Assembly (NCBI GenBank): GCA_965222375.1
Contig: CBDCTZ010000016.1
Coordinates: forward strand, 1,248,001-1,312,000
From: Polyangiaceae bacterium
GTDB taxonomy: Bacteria; Myxococcota_A; Polyangia; Polyangiales; Polyangiaceae
Length of the DNA stretch: 64,000 bases
Direction: 5' to 3'
Made by a program: the position numbers and the translations under genes. Below, in pieces: positions 18,151 to 27,619 of the stretch (position 1 is the first letter of the stretch; each line of letters begins with the position of its first letter). The notes beneath the pieces were generated by a model. The model had not been told where the DNA came from. It saw only the letters and a program-made list of their open reading frames with translations, and did no database searches.

Positions 18151-19554
18151 CACTCCGGGGCCGAGCAGGGACAGCGGGTAACGCACGATGCTCCAGGACT
18201 CGTAGGGGTAGACGCCGGAATCCGAGTTGTTGGGCAGGCCCTCTTCGAAGGCAACTTCGGTGTCCGTGACGTACAGGGGCAAGCCCCACAGGCGACCCGG
18301 GCGGCGGTCCACCTTCCAACGCATTCCGTCACTCAGTCGGAGGACGACGGGCAAGGACGTTTCTGAGGTGCCGAGTTTGTCATGGTAGGCGACCGTTGCT
18401 GCATAGTCGCCGTTGACAATCCAGCGATGGCACGACCCAACGCCCCCGGTTGCGTCTCGCACCTTTATGGGTTTGAGGGCCTTGGGATCCGTGGTGTGAG
18501 GCGCCTTGAAAATCTCGATGGTCTGCCACTCGGTGCCGGTCCAGCCCGAAGCTTGGGTCCAGACCATGGTCTTGCCATCGGTGCCCAGGCCGCAGGTGGA
18601 GCCCACTTGGCCGAGGGCGTTGCCCGTATGCGGCAGCATGATTTGGGCGCCTGCCCCCGGCGTCCAGATCCAGACCTCGGCCCAGGGCTCGGGCCCGTGC
18701 GTATCCCAGAAGAGCGCGTCGTCCCAGGCTCGGAGTGAAAAGGAGATGGCGGTGCGGTGGTTGGGGGACTGCCAAGCTCCGGGATACGCACTGTCATCCT
18801 GCGCGCCAAACGCATCGATCCGTGTGCTGCCAGCGTGCAGCCACGCGCCGATCTTCTCGGAAATGGCGAACCCCTGAAGCAGCGCGGGGCTGACTTCGGC
18901 ATGCACCGTCCAGGGTTGCCCTTGGTCATCGGCGGCAAAGAGTCCGATGAATCGGGGGGAATCATCGAGGCTGCTCTCCCAGATCAGGTGCATGACTCGC
19001 CCCTGCGCGTGGGCCATCGTGCGAAATCGGCATGCCTTGCTCGCTATCCTTGCTTGGAAGATGGTTTCGTTGTCCGGCAGGCGGAGCGTGACGACCTCGA
19101 AGAATTCTTGGCCCAAATCCCGCGTGAAGGTGATGTGCTGCTTGCCTTGGTGGCTACCACCGAAGACGCTGCCACCAAGGATCCGATACTTCGGATCGCC
19201 CCAATTGTGCTCGAGTTCGAGCACTCCCGGCGGGGTGGTGATCCAAGCTGGCTTGGGCAGCATGGCGGCGGAGTTGGGTGCCATCCAGATGTCGCATTTG
19301 CAGGGCAGGCCTGGAAAGCGCAGCCAGCCCTTGGGGATCTCGGGTTGGGTCGGTACGGGGTTGCAAGCTTGCGCATCCGCGGCGTCGGTAGACGTCTCGA
19401 GCGCCACGTCGGATGCGGCGTCCGAGGGCGCGTCTCCGCTTGCGTCCGCGGAAGCATCCGCGTTGCCGCCCGGCGCAGTGCTGTCGTCGTCGCAGGAGCA
19501 GGCGACGGCGATGAGGGCCGCGAAGGGGACAACACGAGACGTCATCGCCTGCAT
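18142..19554 (-). CDS. Tandem lipoprotein paralog 2
   Basis: Collinear with paralogs 1 and 3; lipobox AVAC. Confidence 0.85.
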   Translation of the reverse strand: MQAMTSRVVPFAALIAVACSCDDDSTAPGGNADASADASGDAPSDAASDVALETSTDAADAQACNPVPTQPEIPKGWLRFPGLPCKCDIWMAPNSAAMLPKPAWITTPPGVLELEHNWGDPKYRILGGSVFGGSHQGKQHITFTRDLGQEFFEVVTLRLPDNETIFQARIASKACRFRTMAHAQGRVMHLIWESSLDDSPRFIGLFAADDQGQPWTVHAEVSPALLQGFAISEKIGAWLHAGSTRIDAFGAQDDSAYPGAWQSPNHRTAISFSLRAWDDALFWDTHGPEPWAEVWIWTPGAGAQIMLPHTGNALGQVGSTCGLGTDGKTMVWTQASGWTGTEWQTIEIFKAPHTTDPKALKPIKVRDATGGVGSCHRWIVNGDYAATVAYHDKLGTSETSLPVVLRLSDGMRWKVDRRPGRLWGLPLYVTDTEVAFEEGLPNNSDSGVYPYESWSIVRYPLSLLGPGVPP

Positions 19555-19741
19555 CTCATTGCGGGCAGTCGCTGGTTGCTGGCGAGTTTCCACGCATCAT
19601 TGGGTGAAGAACCCATTGCTTGAGATTGAGGGTTTGGGGTCGCGGTACTTTGGCAGGTTGGGACACTATTCTCGCGCGGGCGCACGTGGTGCGCGGGCCC
19701 GAGCGTCCACGTGACCTTCCCCAATTCGTGCACTACGGGGG
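19542..19741 (-). pseudogene. Relic of a protease-like C-terminus preceding paralog 2
   Basis: Open frame APVVHELGKVTWTLGP...AWKLASNQRLPAMRCRR* resembles the protease end PPVVRYGRVSLG...IADTRRLPAMKCKP* and has the same overlap geometry with the lipoprotein start. Confidence 0.7.
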
Positions 19742-21145
19742 CACTCCGGGGCCGAGCAAGGACAGCGGGTAGCGCACGATGCTCCAGGACTCTCCGGGCG
19801 TGACGCCGGAATCGGAGTTGTTGGGCAGGCCCTCTTCGAAGGCCACTTCGGTGTCCGTGACATAGAGCGGCAGACCCCACAGGCGACCTGGGCGACGAGG
19901 CACAGTCCACAGTTGGCCGTCGCTCAAGCGCACAACATATGGGATTGAATCAGTGTCCTTGATGTCTTTGGTGAGGCGGCCCCAGTGCGCGGCGTAGTCA
20001 CCGTTGACGACCCAATTCTTGCAAGCTCCGATTCCCCCCGGGGCATCTCGCACCTTGACGGGCTTGAGCGCTTTGGGATCCGTGGTGTGAGGCGACTTGA
20101 AGATCTCGATGGTCTGCCACTCGGTGCCGGTCCAGCCGGAGGCTTGGGTCCAGACCATGGTCTTGCCATCCGTGCCCAAGCCGCAGGTGGAGCCCACCTG
20201 TCCGAGGGCATTGCCCGTGTGCGGCAGCATGATCTGGGCGCCTGCGCTGGGGGTCCAGACCCAGACCTCGGCCCAAGGCTCGGGCCCTTGAGTGTCCCAG
20301 AGTAGCGCGTCGTCCCAGGCCCTGAGTGAGAAGGGGATGGCGGTACGCTGGTTGGGAGAGGTCCAAGCACCCACCACCTTGGTGTTGTCCTGGGCGCCAA
20401 AGACGTCGATCAGGGCATTGAAGCCGTGCAGCCAGCCCCCAATCTTGGAGGAGATGGCGAAGCCAGCCAACACCACCGGGCTCGTTTCTGCATGTACCGT
20501 CCAGGGTTTCCCCTGATCGTCCGCAGCGAAGAGCCCGATGAATCGCGGTGAATCGTCGTTCGTGTTCTCCCAACCGAGATGCAGTGCTCGCCCCTGCCCA
20601 TGCACGACGGTGCGCAAAATGCACTGCTTGTCGAGGGTTCGCGCCTGGAAAATGACCTCGTTGTCGGGTAGTCGGAGAGTGACGATTTCGAATAGCTGTT
20701 TGCCCAAGTCCCGCATGAAGCTGACGTGTTGCTTGCCCTGGTGGCTACCGCCGTAAGCACTGCCAGGGAAGATCCGATACTTCGGATCCCCCCAATTGTG
20801 CTCGAGCTCGAGCACGCCTGGCGGTGTGGTGATCCAGTTGGGCTTGGGCAGCATGGCGGCGGAATTGGGACCCATCCAGATGTCGCATTTGCAGGGCAGG
20901 CCGGGGAAGCGGAGCCAGCCCTTGGGCACTTGGGGCTGTGGCGGGTTGGGATCGCAGGCTTGGGCGTCCGCGGCGTCGGTAGACGTCTCGAGCGCCACGT
21001 CGGATGCGACGTCCGAGGGCGCGTCTGTACTCGCATCGGTCGAAGCGTCCTTGTTGCCGCCAGGCGCACCGCTGTCGCCGTCGCAGGAGCAGGCGACGGC
21101 GAAGAGGGCCGCGAAGGAAAGCGCGCGATACGTCAAGGCTTGCAC
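19733..21145 (-). CDS. Tandem lipoprotein paralog 3 (overlaps the protease stop; presumed cognate partner)
   Basis: GTG at 21145 (VQALTYRALSFAALFAVAC), 13-nt overlap with the upstream gene; collinear with paralogs 1 and 2. Confidence 0.85.
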   Translation of the reverse strand: MQALTYRALSFAALFAVACSCDGDSGAPGGNKDASTDASTDAPSDVASDVALETSTDAADAQACDPNPPQPQVPKGWLRFPGLPCKCDIWMGPNSAAMLPKPNWITTPPGVLELEHNWGDPKYRIFPGSAYGGSHQGKQHVSFMRDLGKQLFEIVTLRLPDNEVIFQARTLDKQCILRTVVHGQGRALHLGWENTNDDSPRFIGLFAADDQGKPWTVHAETSPVVLAGFAISSKIGGWLHGFNALIDVFGAQDNTKVVGAWTSPNQRTAIPFSLRAWDDALLWDTQGPEPWAEVWVWTPSAGAQIMLPHTGNALGQVGSTCGLGTDGKTMVWTQASGWTGTEWQTIEIFKSPHTTDPKALKPVKVRDAPGGIGACKNWVVNGDYAAHWGRLTKDIKDTDSIPYVVRLSDGQLWTVPRRPGRLWGLPLYVTDTEVAFEEGLPNNSDSGVTPGESWSIVRYPLSLLGPGVPP

Positions 21146-24039
21146 TTCATTGCGGGCAGGCGCCGGGTGTCGGCAATGCAGCGCACCTCGATAACTTCCC
21201 GACGCTTGCCATGCCAGCCGTGAGGTTTGAGTTTCTTGACAATGCCGAGGCTGACGCGGCCGTAGCGCACCACGGGGGGGCTGGCGATGCGGCCGGGGCC
21301 CACGCGTTTGCCCAGGCGGCGGACTTCGGCATCCGGTAGGAATGGCTCGGAGTCGAGGAGCAGAGTGATGTGATGCTTGTTTCGGGCGGCGACCAGCACG
21401 ATTCGCCCGTCGGAGGTGGTCTTGAGCCAAGCGCGTTTGGTCTTGGATAGCCCCGGGAGCAGGAATGGACCTTCCACGTTGCCGGACACCGGGTCCACTC
21501 GCAGGATGACCCAGCGGGTGAGGGGCTTGTGACGACAATAGCCGTGTTTCTTGTGCTTGCCACAGCCGCAACTCTTCTTGGGAGAGCGGCCTAGCACCCA
21601 AACTCGGGAATGGCGCAGCGAATAGGTCGCGGCTTCGAGGCGCGGCGGCAGGGGGTTGGATAGAGTGGTTTGTTCTGGAGGCTGGCCGGGGACAAAACGC
21701 AGCACGCTGTCGAGCTGCTCACCGCTTGGGGCCCGGCCGCCGATGACCATCGTCACATCTGTCAGTCGCGAGTAGGCGGCGACGAAGCCAGTGCGCGGGA
21801 TCAGCTCCGTGCTCGATGCCAGAGGCATCGCGGCAAGAGCCGACGGCAGCTCACCCTCGGGAGGAAAGACCACGGTGGTGAACCAGCCCGCGCCAATGCG
21901 AAACAGCTGATCGACCATGGCGGTGCTGTCGGCGCGGAGAGCGACCGCCCGGGCGCGAGGCTCTCCTGCAGTGACCGAGACGGGCTCGCTGCCGTCCACC
22001 CACACCAAACTTGGATCGACCAGGGTTTTGCGGATCGCCATGGGAAAGGCGTCGCTGACGTCCGCGGCTGCGCCGCCTGCTATCCAGGCCAGGGCGCCGC
22101 TGTCGGCATCGACGATGCTGAGCACCGCAGCCGGATCTTGCTCGGACTCGCCCGACAGGATGGACTCGTCGCCGCAGCTGAAGCAGGCACTCGTGTCGAT
22201 GGGCGGGATTGAAAACAGGTCGATGGGGGTGGCGGCAGGGACGGGCGCGGTGCGCCAATCCGGGGCGAAGGCGTGGAGGTAATGGGCGGAGATGTTCCTG
22301 CAGCTTGGTGGCTGCCCCGGGAGATTGATACAGATCCCGCCGCCACTGAAATCCGGTAGCCCGTGGGCCCCAGTTCCGCGGTAGGTCTGACCATTCAGCC
22401 AGAAGGTGCCGGCGAGGTCCGTGCCCGGTGGGAAGTTGGGATCGGCGGGCACCGGGGCAATCCAGCCGTTGCCGAGCCAGCGGGCGTAGTCGGACTCGAA
22501 ATCCCAATCGCCTACCGCCAGGGTGGGCCCGGGATAGCTCACGCTGCGGGAACGGCCGACGCAGTCCGTAGGCGGGCCGCCGATGGGTTGGGGGCAGACG
22601 CTGCCTTGCAAGGTGCGGATCAGGTGCCAGGTTGTAAGACCGGCGTCGAGCGCTTGGGTGGAGGCAGCTTCCTCTTTGAACCGGGCAAGCGAATCGGGCA
22701 CGCAGTGATTTGGTCCGAGCTCGCACAACTGTCTGTTGTACTCCGGCGTTCCGTCCAGCTTGCGACACACGCAGAACCTCGGGGTGACGCGGTCCGTCAG
22801 CGGATCGCCCACGCCGAGCACGGGGTCGACCACGAACTGCCTTCGAATCAGGCGCTGGCCGAAGGTCGCTCCAGCGGGGCCGATGGAGCGGCCGACCGGC
22901 GTGGGCGCAGGATCGCAGGCGTCGCCAATGTGCTGGTTCAGCTTTTGCTTGGCGCCCCAGGCCTCTTCCGCGTCGATGTTCGAGTTCTTCTGATCGGGAT
23001 TGTAGGTGTCGGGGCAATTGTCCACGGCGTCGCAGATCAGGTCGTCGTCAACGCCTTTGCGGACCGTGTGCTGGATCCACTGAGCGTGCTCCGGCAGGAA
23101 GGTCGGCACCCAGCCGACCTCGTTGGGGTTGAAGGGATCTGAGCCGGTGGATGCGCTGAGCACACCCAGCAGGGCCTCGTCGCCCTGAGGGGCGCCCAGG
23201 GGTGGCTCGAAGAAGCACCAGGAGCCCCACCAATCCGTGGAGTCTTGCGGCGCCGGAGCGAACAAACCCGTGCCCGAATCGCCCTTTGTCGGCATGGCTC
23301 CGCTGAACTTGTTCATGAGCAGCATCGAGGCGGAGTTGGTCGAAAGGCTGCAAGCCCCAGCGCTCTTGAAGTGGGTCGATGCGACACTTCCTTGAATGGT
23401 GTTGGACGCCGTACCGACTCGATCCGGATCGTCCGGGAAGATGGGTGGTATGGCGCCGCCGAAGGAGGCGAGCATGCCCGCGACGTCGCATGCGCCGGCC
23501 GCGCAGTTTGGAGGGATCCAGAGCCTGGCAACGGAGATCCCGTGGAGCGCGAGGTTGATGGGCGACTTCAGCCGAACCAGCGCCAGATCGTGACCGCAGT
23601 TCAGATCTGACGGGCTGACGGTGCTGGTCCAATGCAGGAGACCCTTGGCCGGGTAGGCACCGGGATGGAAGTACACATCTTCCGCGGTAACGTTGCCACC
23701 GTGCACCGCTGGACCCGTTGGATCTCGGGTCAGGTTCAGCTGCACGGGCGTTGACGGAACCGGAAGCAGCGGTGTTTCGAAACAGTGTGCGGCGGTGAGG
23801 ATCCAACGAGGGTGGACCACGGTGGCGAAGCAGGCTTTCACGTCGCCCAACTGCTGGAGAAACATGTGCACGGTAGAGGGCGGCAAGTCGAAGGAGTCGG
23901 CGTTCGTCAGCGCCTGCTGCCCGTTGGATGTGCCGTCATGTGGCGGAGCCTCACTGCAACTGAGAGTTGCGGCCGCTAGGGTAACTATCCACAGCGTGCG
24001 CTCGCCAATTCTTGCTGCCACCCGCCCGACTCGACTCAT
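21133..24039 (-). CDS. Lipoprotein S1 (trypsin-like) serine protease + thrombospondin type-3 repeats + C-terminal propeller-like region
   Basis: SD GGGGAGGT before ATG 24039; lipobox TLSC; triad motifs WILTAAHCF, HDLALVRL and KGDSGTGL; DDDLICDAVDNCPDTYNPDQ...GDACD; kelch-like VIGG strands near the C-terminus. Confidence 0.88.
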   Translation of the reverse strand: MSRVGRVAARIGERTLWIVTLAAATLSCSEAPPHDGTSNGQQALTNADSFDLPPSTVHMFLQQLGDVKACFATVVHPRWILTAAHCFETPLLPVPSTPVQLNLTRDPTGPAVHGGNVTAEDVYFHPGAYPAKGLLHWTSTVSPSDLNCGHDLALVRLKSPINLALHGISVARLWIPPNCAAGACDVAGMLASFGGAIPPIFPDDPDRVGTASNTIQGSVASTHFKSAGACSLSTNSASMLLMNKFSGAMPTKGDSGTGLFAPAPQDSTDWWGSWCFFEPPLGAPQGDEALLGVLSASTGSDPFNPNEVGWVPTFLPEHAQWIQHTVRKGVDDDLICDAVDNCPDTYNPDQKNSNIDAEEAWGAKQKLNQHIGDACDPAPTPVGRSIGPAGATFGQRLIRRQFVVDPVLGVGDPLTDRVTPRFCVCRKLDGTPEYNRQLCELGPNHCVPDSLARFKEEAASTQALDAGLTTWHLIRTLQGSVCPQPIGGPPTDCVGRSRSVSYPGPTLAVGDWDFESDYARWLGNGWIAPVPADPNFPPGTDLAGTFWLNGQTYRGTGAHGLPDFSGGGICINLPGQPPSCRNISAHYLHAFAPDWRTAPVPAATPIDLFSIPPIDTSACFSCGDESILSGESEQDPAAVLSIVDADSGALAWIAGGAAADVSDAFPMAIRKTLVDPSLVWVDGSEPVSVTAGEPRARAVALRADSTAMVDQLFRIGAGWFTTVVFPPEGELPSALAAMPLASSTELIPRTGFVAAYSRLTDVTMVIGGRAPSGEQLDSVLRFVPGQPPEQTTLSNPLPPRLEAATYSLRHSRVWVLGRSPKKSCGCGKHKKHGYCRHKPLTRWVILRVDPVSGNVEGPFLLPGLSKTKRAWLKTTSDGRIVLVAARNKHHITLLLDSEPFLPDAEVRRLGKRVGPGRIASPPVVRYGRVSLGIVKKLKPHGWHGKRREVIEVRCIADTRRLPAMKCKP

Positions 24040-24461
24040 AACCACCTCCCCTAGGCTAACTAGTCTGCCTTTCGGTGGAGCCGGCATCAATGTAGGCGCA
24101 GTACACACACGCGTCCCACGGCATCGCATCAAAAGACCCTGGGCGTGTGTTTGAGCCCCTTATGTGCATGAGACGCAGCGAGAAGTGACGTCACGTCAGG
24201 TCAAGGGGTGCGGTGGTTGGTTTCGACATCCGATCAGATCCAGTGACGTGGAGGGGATGTGCCGACGCAGCGTTGCGACTATCTGGTCGTCTTGGCTGCC
24301 GTCGGCATGCCAAACCGCGGCCTGTTGCGGGAGTAGCGGCCCAACGACGGCCCATGGCTGCGACCCCCAAGAAAACGAGCACAGGCGCGGAATGGTTCTG
24401 CCATCGATCGTGGCTGCGTGTGAGGACGTTCGAAGTCCAACGCGGCGCGTAACTCAGGTGT

Positions 24462-25451
24462 TCAATCCCCGCGGAACAGCCAGAACAGTCCGACGACGCT
24501 GACGGCCAGTACGACGAGCGCGACGGCAGCGACCAGGAGGTCCGTCGACGTCCAACCGACTTTGCGCTCGCGAACGGGTCGTTTCGCTCGTTTGGGCACG
24601 GCCACGACGGGGGCGCCGCCGCGGGTACTGGCTGCGGACGCCGGGGGCGCTGATGAGGAGGCCGCGGGAGATTGGGATGTCACCGGGGGATCCACCGAGT
24701 CGTCCTCGGCCATGTGTTCGTCGACGGCGGCTTCGAGTTCGGCGAGGGCGTCGGCTACCGGGTCTTCGTAGACCAGGCGGTTTTCGCCGAGTCGCAGCTC
24801 ACTGCCCGCGGGCCAAGCTTTGGACTCGTCCCGGCCAAGGGACACGTCATCCCAGTGGGTGCCGTTCTTGGAGCCGAGATCGCGGACCCAGATCTGATCT
24901 CCGCGGCGGAAGATCTCTGCGTGGCGACGTGAGGCGTCTTCGTCATCCAGGCTGAGGTCGGCGTCTTTGGCCCGGCCCAGTACGTAGTGTCGACTAGGGT
25001 CAGCGATGACGAGGGTTTTCCCGGCGTCCGGGCCCTGGCGCACACTGACTCGGGCGCCTTCGGATTGACCTTGGGCCGCCAGAGCATCGGCTACCAAGCC
25101 CAGAGCGATTTCACGAGTTGCCAGAGCCGCGTTCTGAGTCGGCATGGCCTGCTCGATCTGCACCTCGAGCCAGATGCGGCCGATGCGAACCAAGTCGCCA
25201 CTCTCGAGGACTCGAGGAGCTTGGGGGGACAAGCGAACGGGGCCGACGAAAGTGCCGTTGGTGCTGCCCTCATCCAACACGATGTAGTCCGTGCCGCGCT
25301 GGCGGATAGAGGCGTGGCGATGGCTCACGCTCGGGTCCGGTAGGCGCACTTCGCAGCCGTCCCCGCGACCGATCACGACCCGGGGTGAATCGAAGGTGAC
25401 CTTGGGCGGCGATTCGGCGTCGCCGGTACGGATCACAATCGTCAGGGCCAT
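24462..25451 (-). CDS. Tandem FHA-domain protein with C-terminal TM helix
   Basis: Two FHA motifs (IGR...VSHRHA...STNGT and LGR...ASRRHA...SKNGT); hydrophobic C-terminus. Confidence 0.92.
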   Translation of the reverse strand: MALTIVIRTGDAESPPKVTFDSPRVVIGRGDGCEVRLPDPSVSHRHASIRQRGTDYIVLDEGSTNGTFVGPVRLSPQAPRVLESGDLVRIGRIWLEVQIEQAMPTQNAALATREIALGLVADALAAQGQSEGARVSVRQGPDAGKTLVIADPSRHYVLGRAKDADLSLDDEDASRRHAEIFRRGDQIWVRDLGSKNGTHWDDVSLGRDESKAWPAGSELRLGENRLVYEDPVADALAELEAAVDEHMAEDDSVDPPVTSQSPAASSSAPPASAASTRGGAPVVAVPKRAKRPVRERKVGWTSTDLLVAAVALVVLAVSVVGLFWLFRGD

Positions 25452-25606
25452 GGGGCGGCATTCTAGTGGCGAGTGGTGGTCCAGTAGCAAACCCTGGCCG
25501 TGGGCAGGTTTCGGAAAACCCTCCCGAAATTTGTCCAAAATGGGCGCTCCGCCTTAGTCCCGTGCGAGAGGCCTCGCGCTGTCGACGGTGGCCTCAGGAG
25601 GCAGGC

Positions 25607-27619
25607 ATGCAAGACGGACAAGAGCGCCGCGCGCAAGGAATGAGGCGCGTCCCAGTAGAAGCCCTGGTCGAGATCTGCGGGCGTGAGAGCGGTGGCGCCC
25701 CCCCATTTGAGGCCGAATCCGTGGACGTGAGCGGACGGGGGATGCACGTCCGAACGGCCTACTTGCCTGAGGTTGGCGCGCCGCTGGTGTGCCGCTTCGA
25801 GGATTCGGGCCGCGAGATCGTCGTGGAGGGAGAGGTCGCCTGGAGCGCTCCTGCAGACCGCGGCGGCGAATTTGGAATCAAGTTCACCGCTTTGGATAGC
25901 GGCAGCGTGGACGCGCTGCGAGACTTGTGCGCCCGGGAAATCACACGAATCGAGTCCGAGAAGCCGCCCGTCGTGGAGGACGTTGCGGAGGATCCGCCAG
26001 CGATCGAAGAGCCGCCTGAGACGCACGCGCCGGGGAGCCGGGTGCGGCTTCACATCGACGGCCTGGGTGCCCCGATGAAGGCGTCCGTGCGGGAAGGTAC
26101 GTCGAGGCGTCTGCACGTTGCGTCCAATCTGGAGTTCTTGAAAGTCGGCCGTACCCTCCAGTTGGAAGGTGGCGGCGGCGAGCGACGCCCGGCGCGGATC
26201 CACGCGGTGGACGTGATGGTGGACCCTTCCACGCAGGTGCCGCAGCTCGTGGTGTCCTTGAAGTTCCAAGACGTAGACGAAGTCACGCCGGAACCGAGTG
26301 TGATTGATAGTGCGGCATCCGTGACGCCGCGCTCACCGCAGCTGCCGCTGGATACGGCCTTCGAGGCCGTGGACGCAGGGGATGCGCATACGGACGACGA
26401 TTTCGATCTGGATGAGCCTGGCCCGGAACCCGGCGAGGCCCCGGCCGAATTTGCCGACTCTGACGAAGACGAGATCATCGACGAAGCTGGACGCTTCTCG
26501 ACTCGGATGAGCCGTGCGGCCACGGTTGCGGGTGCCCAAGCCAAGCGCGCCGGTGAGACCGCGGCACATTTGAGTGTAGCGGCGGGCAAAGGTATGGGGC
26601 GGCTGTTCAAAGGCGCCAGTCAGCGTTTGGGGGAGTACCGAAAGTCCCGCGCGGAAGGCCAGGGGCGGCCGCGTCGCACCACCGCGCCACCGCCCTCGGG
26701 CACCCTGTCGGCTAGTGGACGAACCCTGCGCAGGCAGGCCGAGGCTGCTCAGGCATCCAACGCACCCACTTCTGCCAAGGCCGACAAAGCTGGTGGAGGA
26801 TTGAAGAGCAAGCGGACCAAGAAGATTGCCGGAGCTGTGGCTCTGGCGCTGCTGGTGACCACGGTCAGCGTGATCGCGATGAAAAAGCCGGCGGCTCCTC
26901 CTGGCGCCGATGTGGACGCACCGGCGGCGAGCAAGACCGTGGCGGCGGAGTCGCCCGCGGGGGACGTGACCCAGGTCGATGATCAAGGCAACCCCATCGC
27001 GCCTGCCGCCGCCCCAGCGCCTGCCGCGCCCGCCAAGCTGAAAGACGCGCCCCCCGTCGAGCCTGGAGGCATCAGTGCCGACGTGCCTCTGTTCGGGCCC
27101 ACGCCCATGGCGACCATGGAGCCGGCTCCCCTCGGGCCACCCCCTGAGCTGGGAGCACCGGCTGCAGCGGCTGCGCAGAGCGAAGAGGAAAAAGAGAAAG
27201 CCGCAGCCAGCGCTGCCGTAGATGAGAAGTTCGAGGATAGCGGCAAGAAATCTCGCAAAAAGGCGAAGGCGAATCCCCGCAGCGTCAAACCCTGGGGAAC
27301 GGGCCGAGTGCGGACTCCTACCATCCACCGCCTGCGCTTGGATCAACCTGGCGGCGCGATCAAAGGCGCCAAGAACCCGACGGGCTTCACGGTGGTGGTT
27401 CCCGGCGTGAAGGTCATGGAATCCGCCAGCGGAATCAAAAAGCGTGACTCCCGCATCGCTCGGGTTCGCACCCGCAATGGCTCCTACGGCGCGGAGATCA
27501 CGTTCCAGTTTCGCAACAGCGTACCCGGATACCGCGTGCGACTCCGGAAGGACTACGTCGAGTTCTTGATCAGCGCTCCAAAGAAGAGTGGCGTTTCTAG
27601 CTCCAAGAAGAAGCGGTAG
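25607..27619 (+). CDS. PilZ-domain bitopic membrane protein with acidic/Pro-rich linkers and a periplasmic C-terminal domain
   Basis: SD AGGAGG; ERRAQGMRR and DVSGRG PilZ motifs, GEVAWS...FGIKF; TM IAGAVALALLVTTVSVIAM. Confidence 0.82.
   Translation: MQDGQERRAQGMRRVPVEALVEICGRESGGAPPFEAESVDVSGRGMHVRTAYLPEVGAPLVCRFEDSGREIVVEGEVAWSAPADRGGEFGIKFTALDSGSVDALRDLCAREITRIESEKPPVVEDVAEDPPAIEEPPETHAPGSRVRLHIDGLGAPMKASVREGTSRRLHVASNLEFLKVGRTLQLEGGGGERRPARIHAVDVMVDPSTQVPQLVVSLKFQDVDEVTPEPSVIDSAASVTPRSPQLPLDTAFEAVDAGDAHTDDDFDLDEPGPEPGEAPAEFADSDEDEIIDEAGRFSTRMSRAATVAGAQAKRAGETAAHLSVAAGKGMGRLFKGASQRLGEYRKSRAEGQGRPRRTTAPPPSGTLSASGRTLRRQAEAAQASNAPTSAKADKAGGGLKSKRTKKIAGAVALALLVTTVSVIAMKKPAAPPGADVDAPAASKTVAAESPAGDVTQVDDQGNPIAPAAAPAPAAPAKLKDAPPVEPGGISADVPLFGPTPMATMEPAPLGPPPELGAPAAAAAQSEEEKEKAAASAAVDEKFEDSGKKSRKKAKANPRSVKPWGTGRVRTPTIHRLRLDQPGGAIKGAKNPTGFTVVVPGVKVMESASGIKKRDSRIARVRTRNGSYGAEITFQFRNSVPGYRVRLRKDYVEFLISAPKKSGVSSSKKKR

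Noticed and set aside
17964..18332. Long N-terminal extensions of the ORF-track calls 16554..18332 and 19733..21601
   Set aside because: They overlap upstream genes; homology and signal peptides place the starts at 17963 and 21145.
16554..21145. Diversity-generating retroelement (TR/VR) explanation for paralog variation
   Set aside because: No reverse transcriptase in the window; the copies are full-length genes and their differences are not adenine-specific.
9831..24540. Integron, prophage or IS-mediated island
   Set aside because: I could identify no integrase, transposase, phage genes, terminal inverted repeats or attC-like sites.
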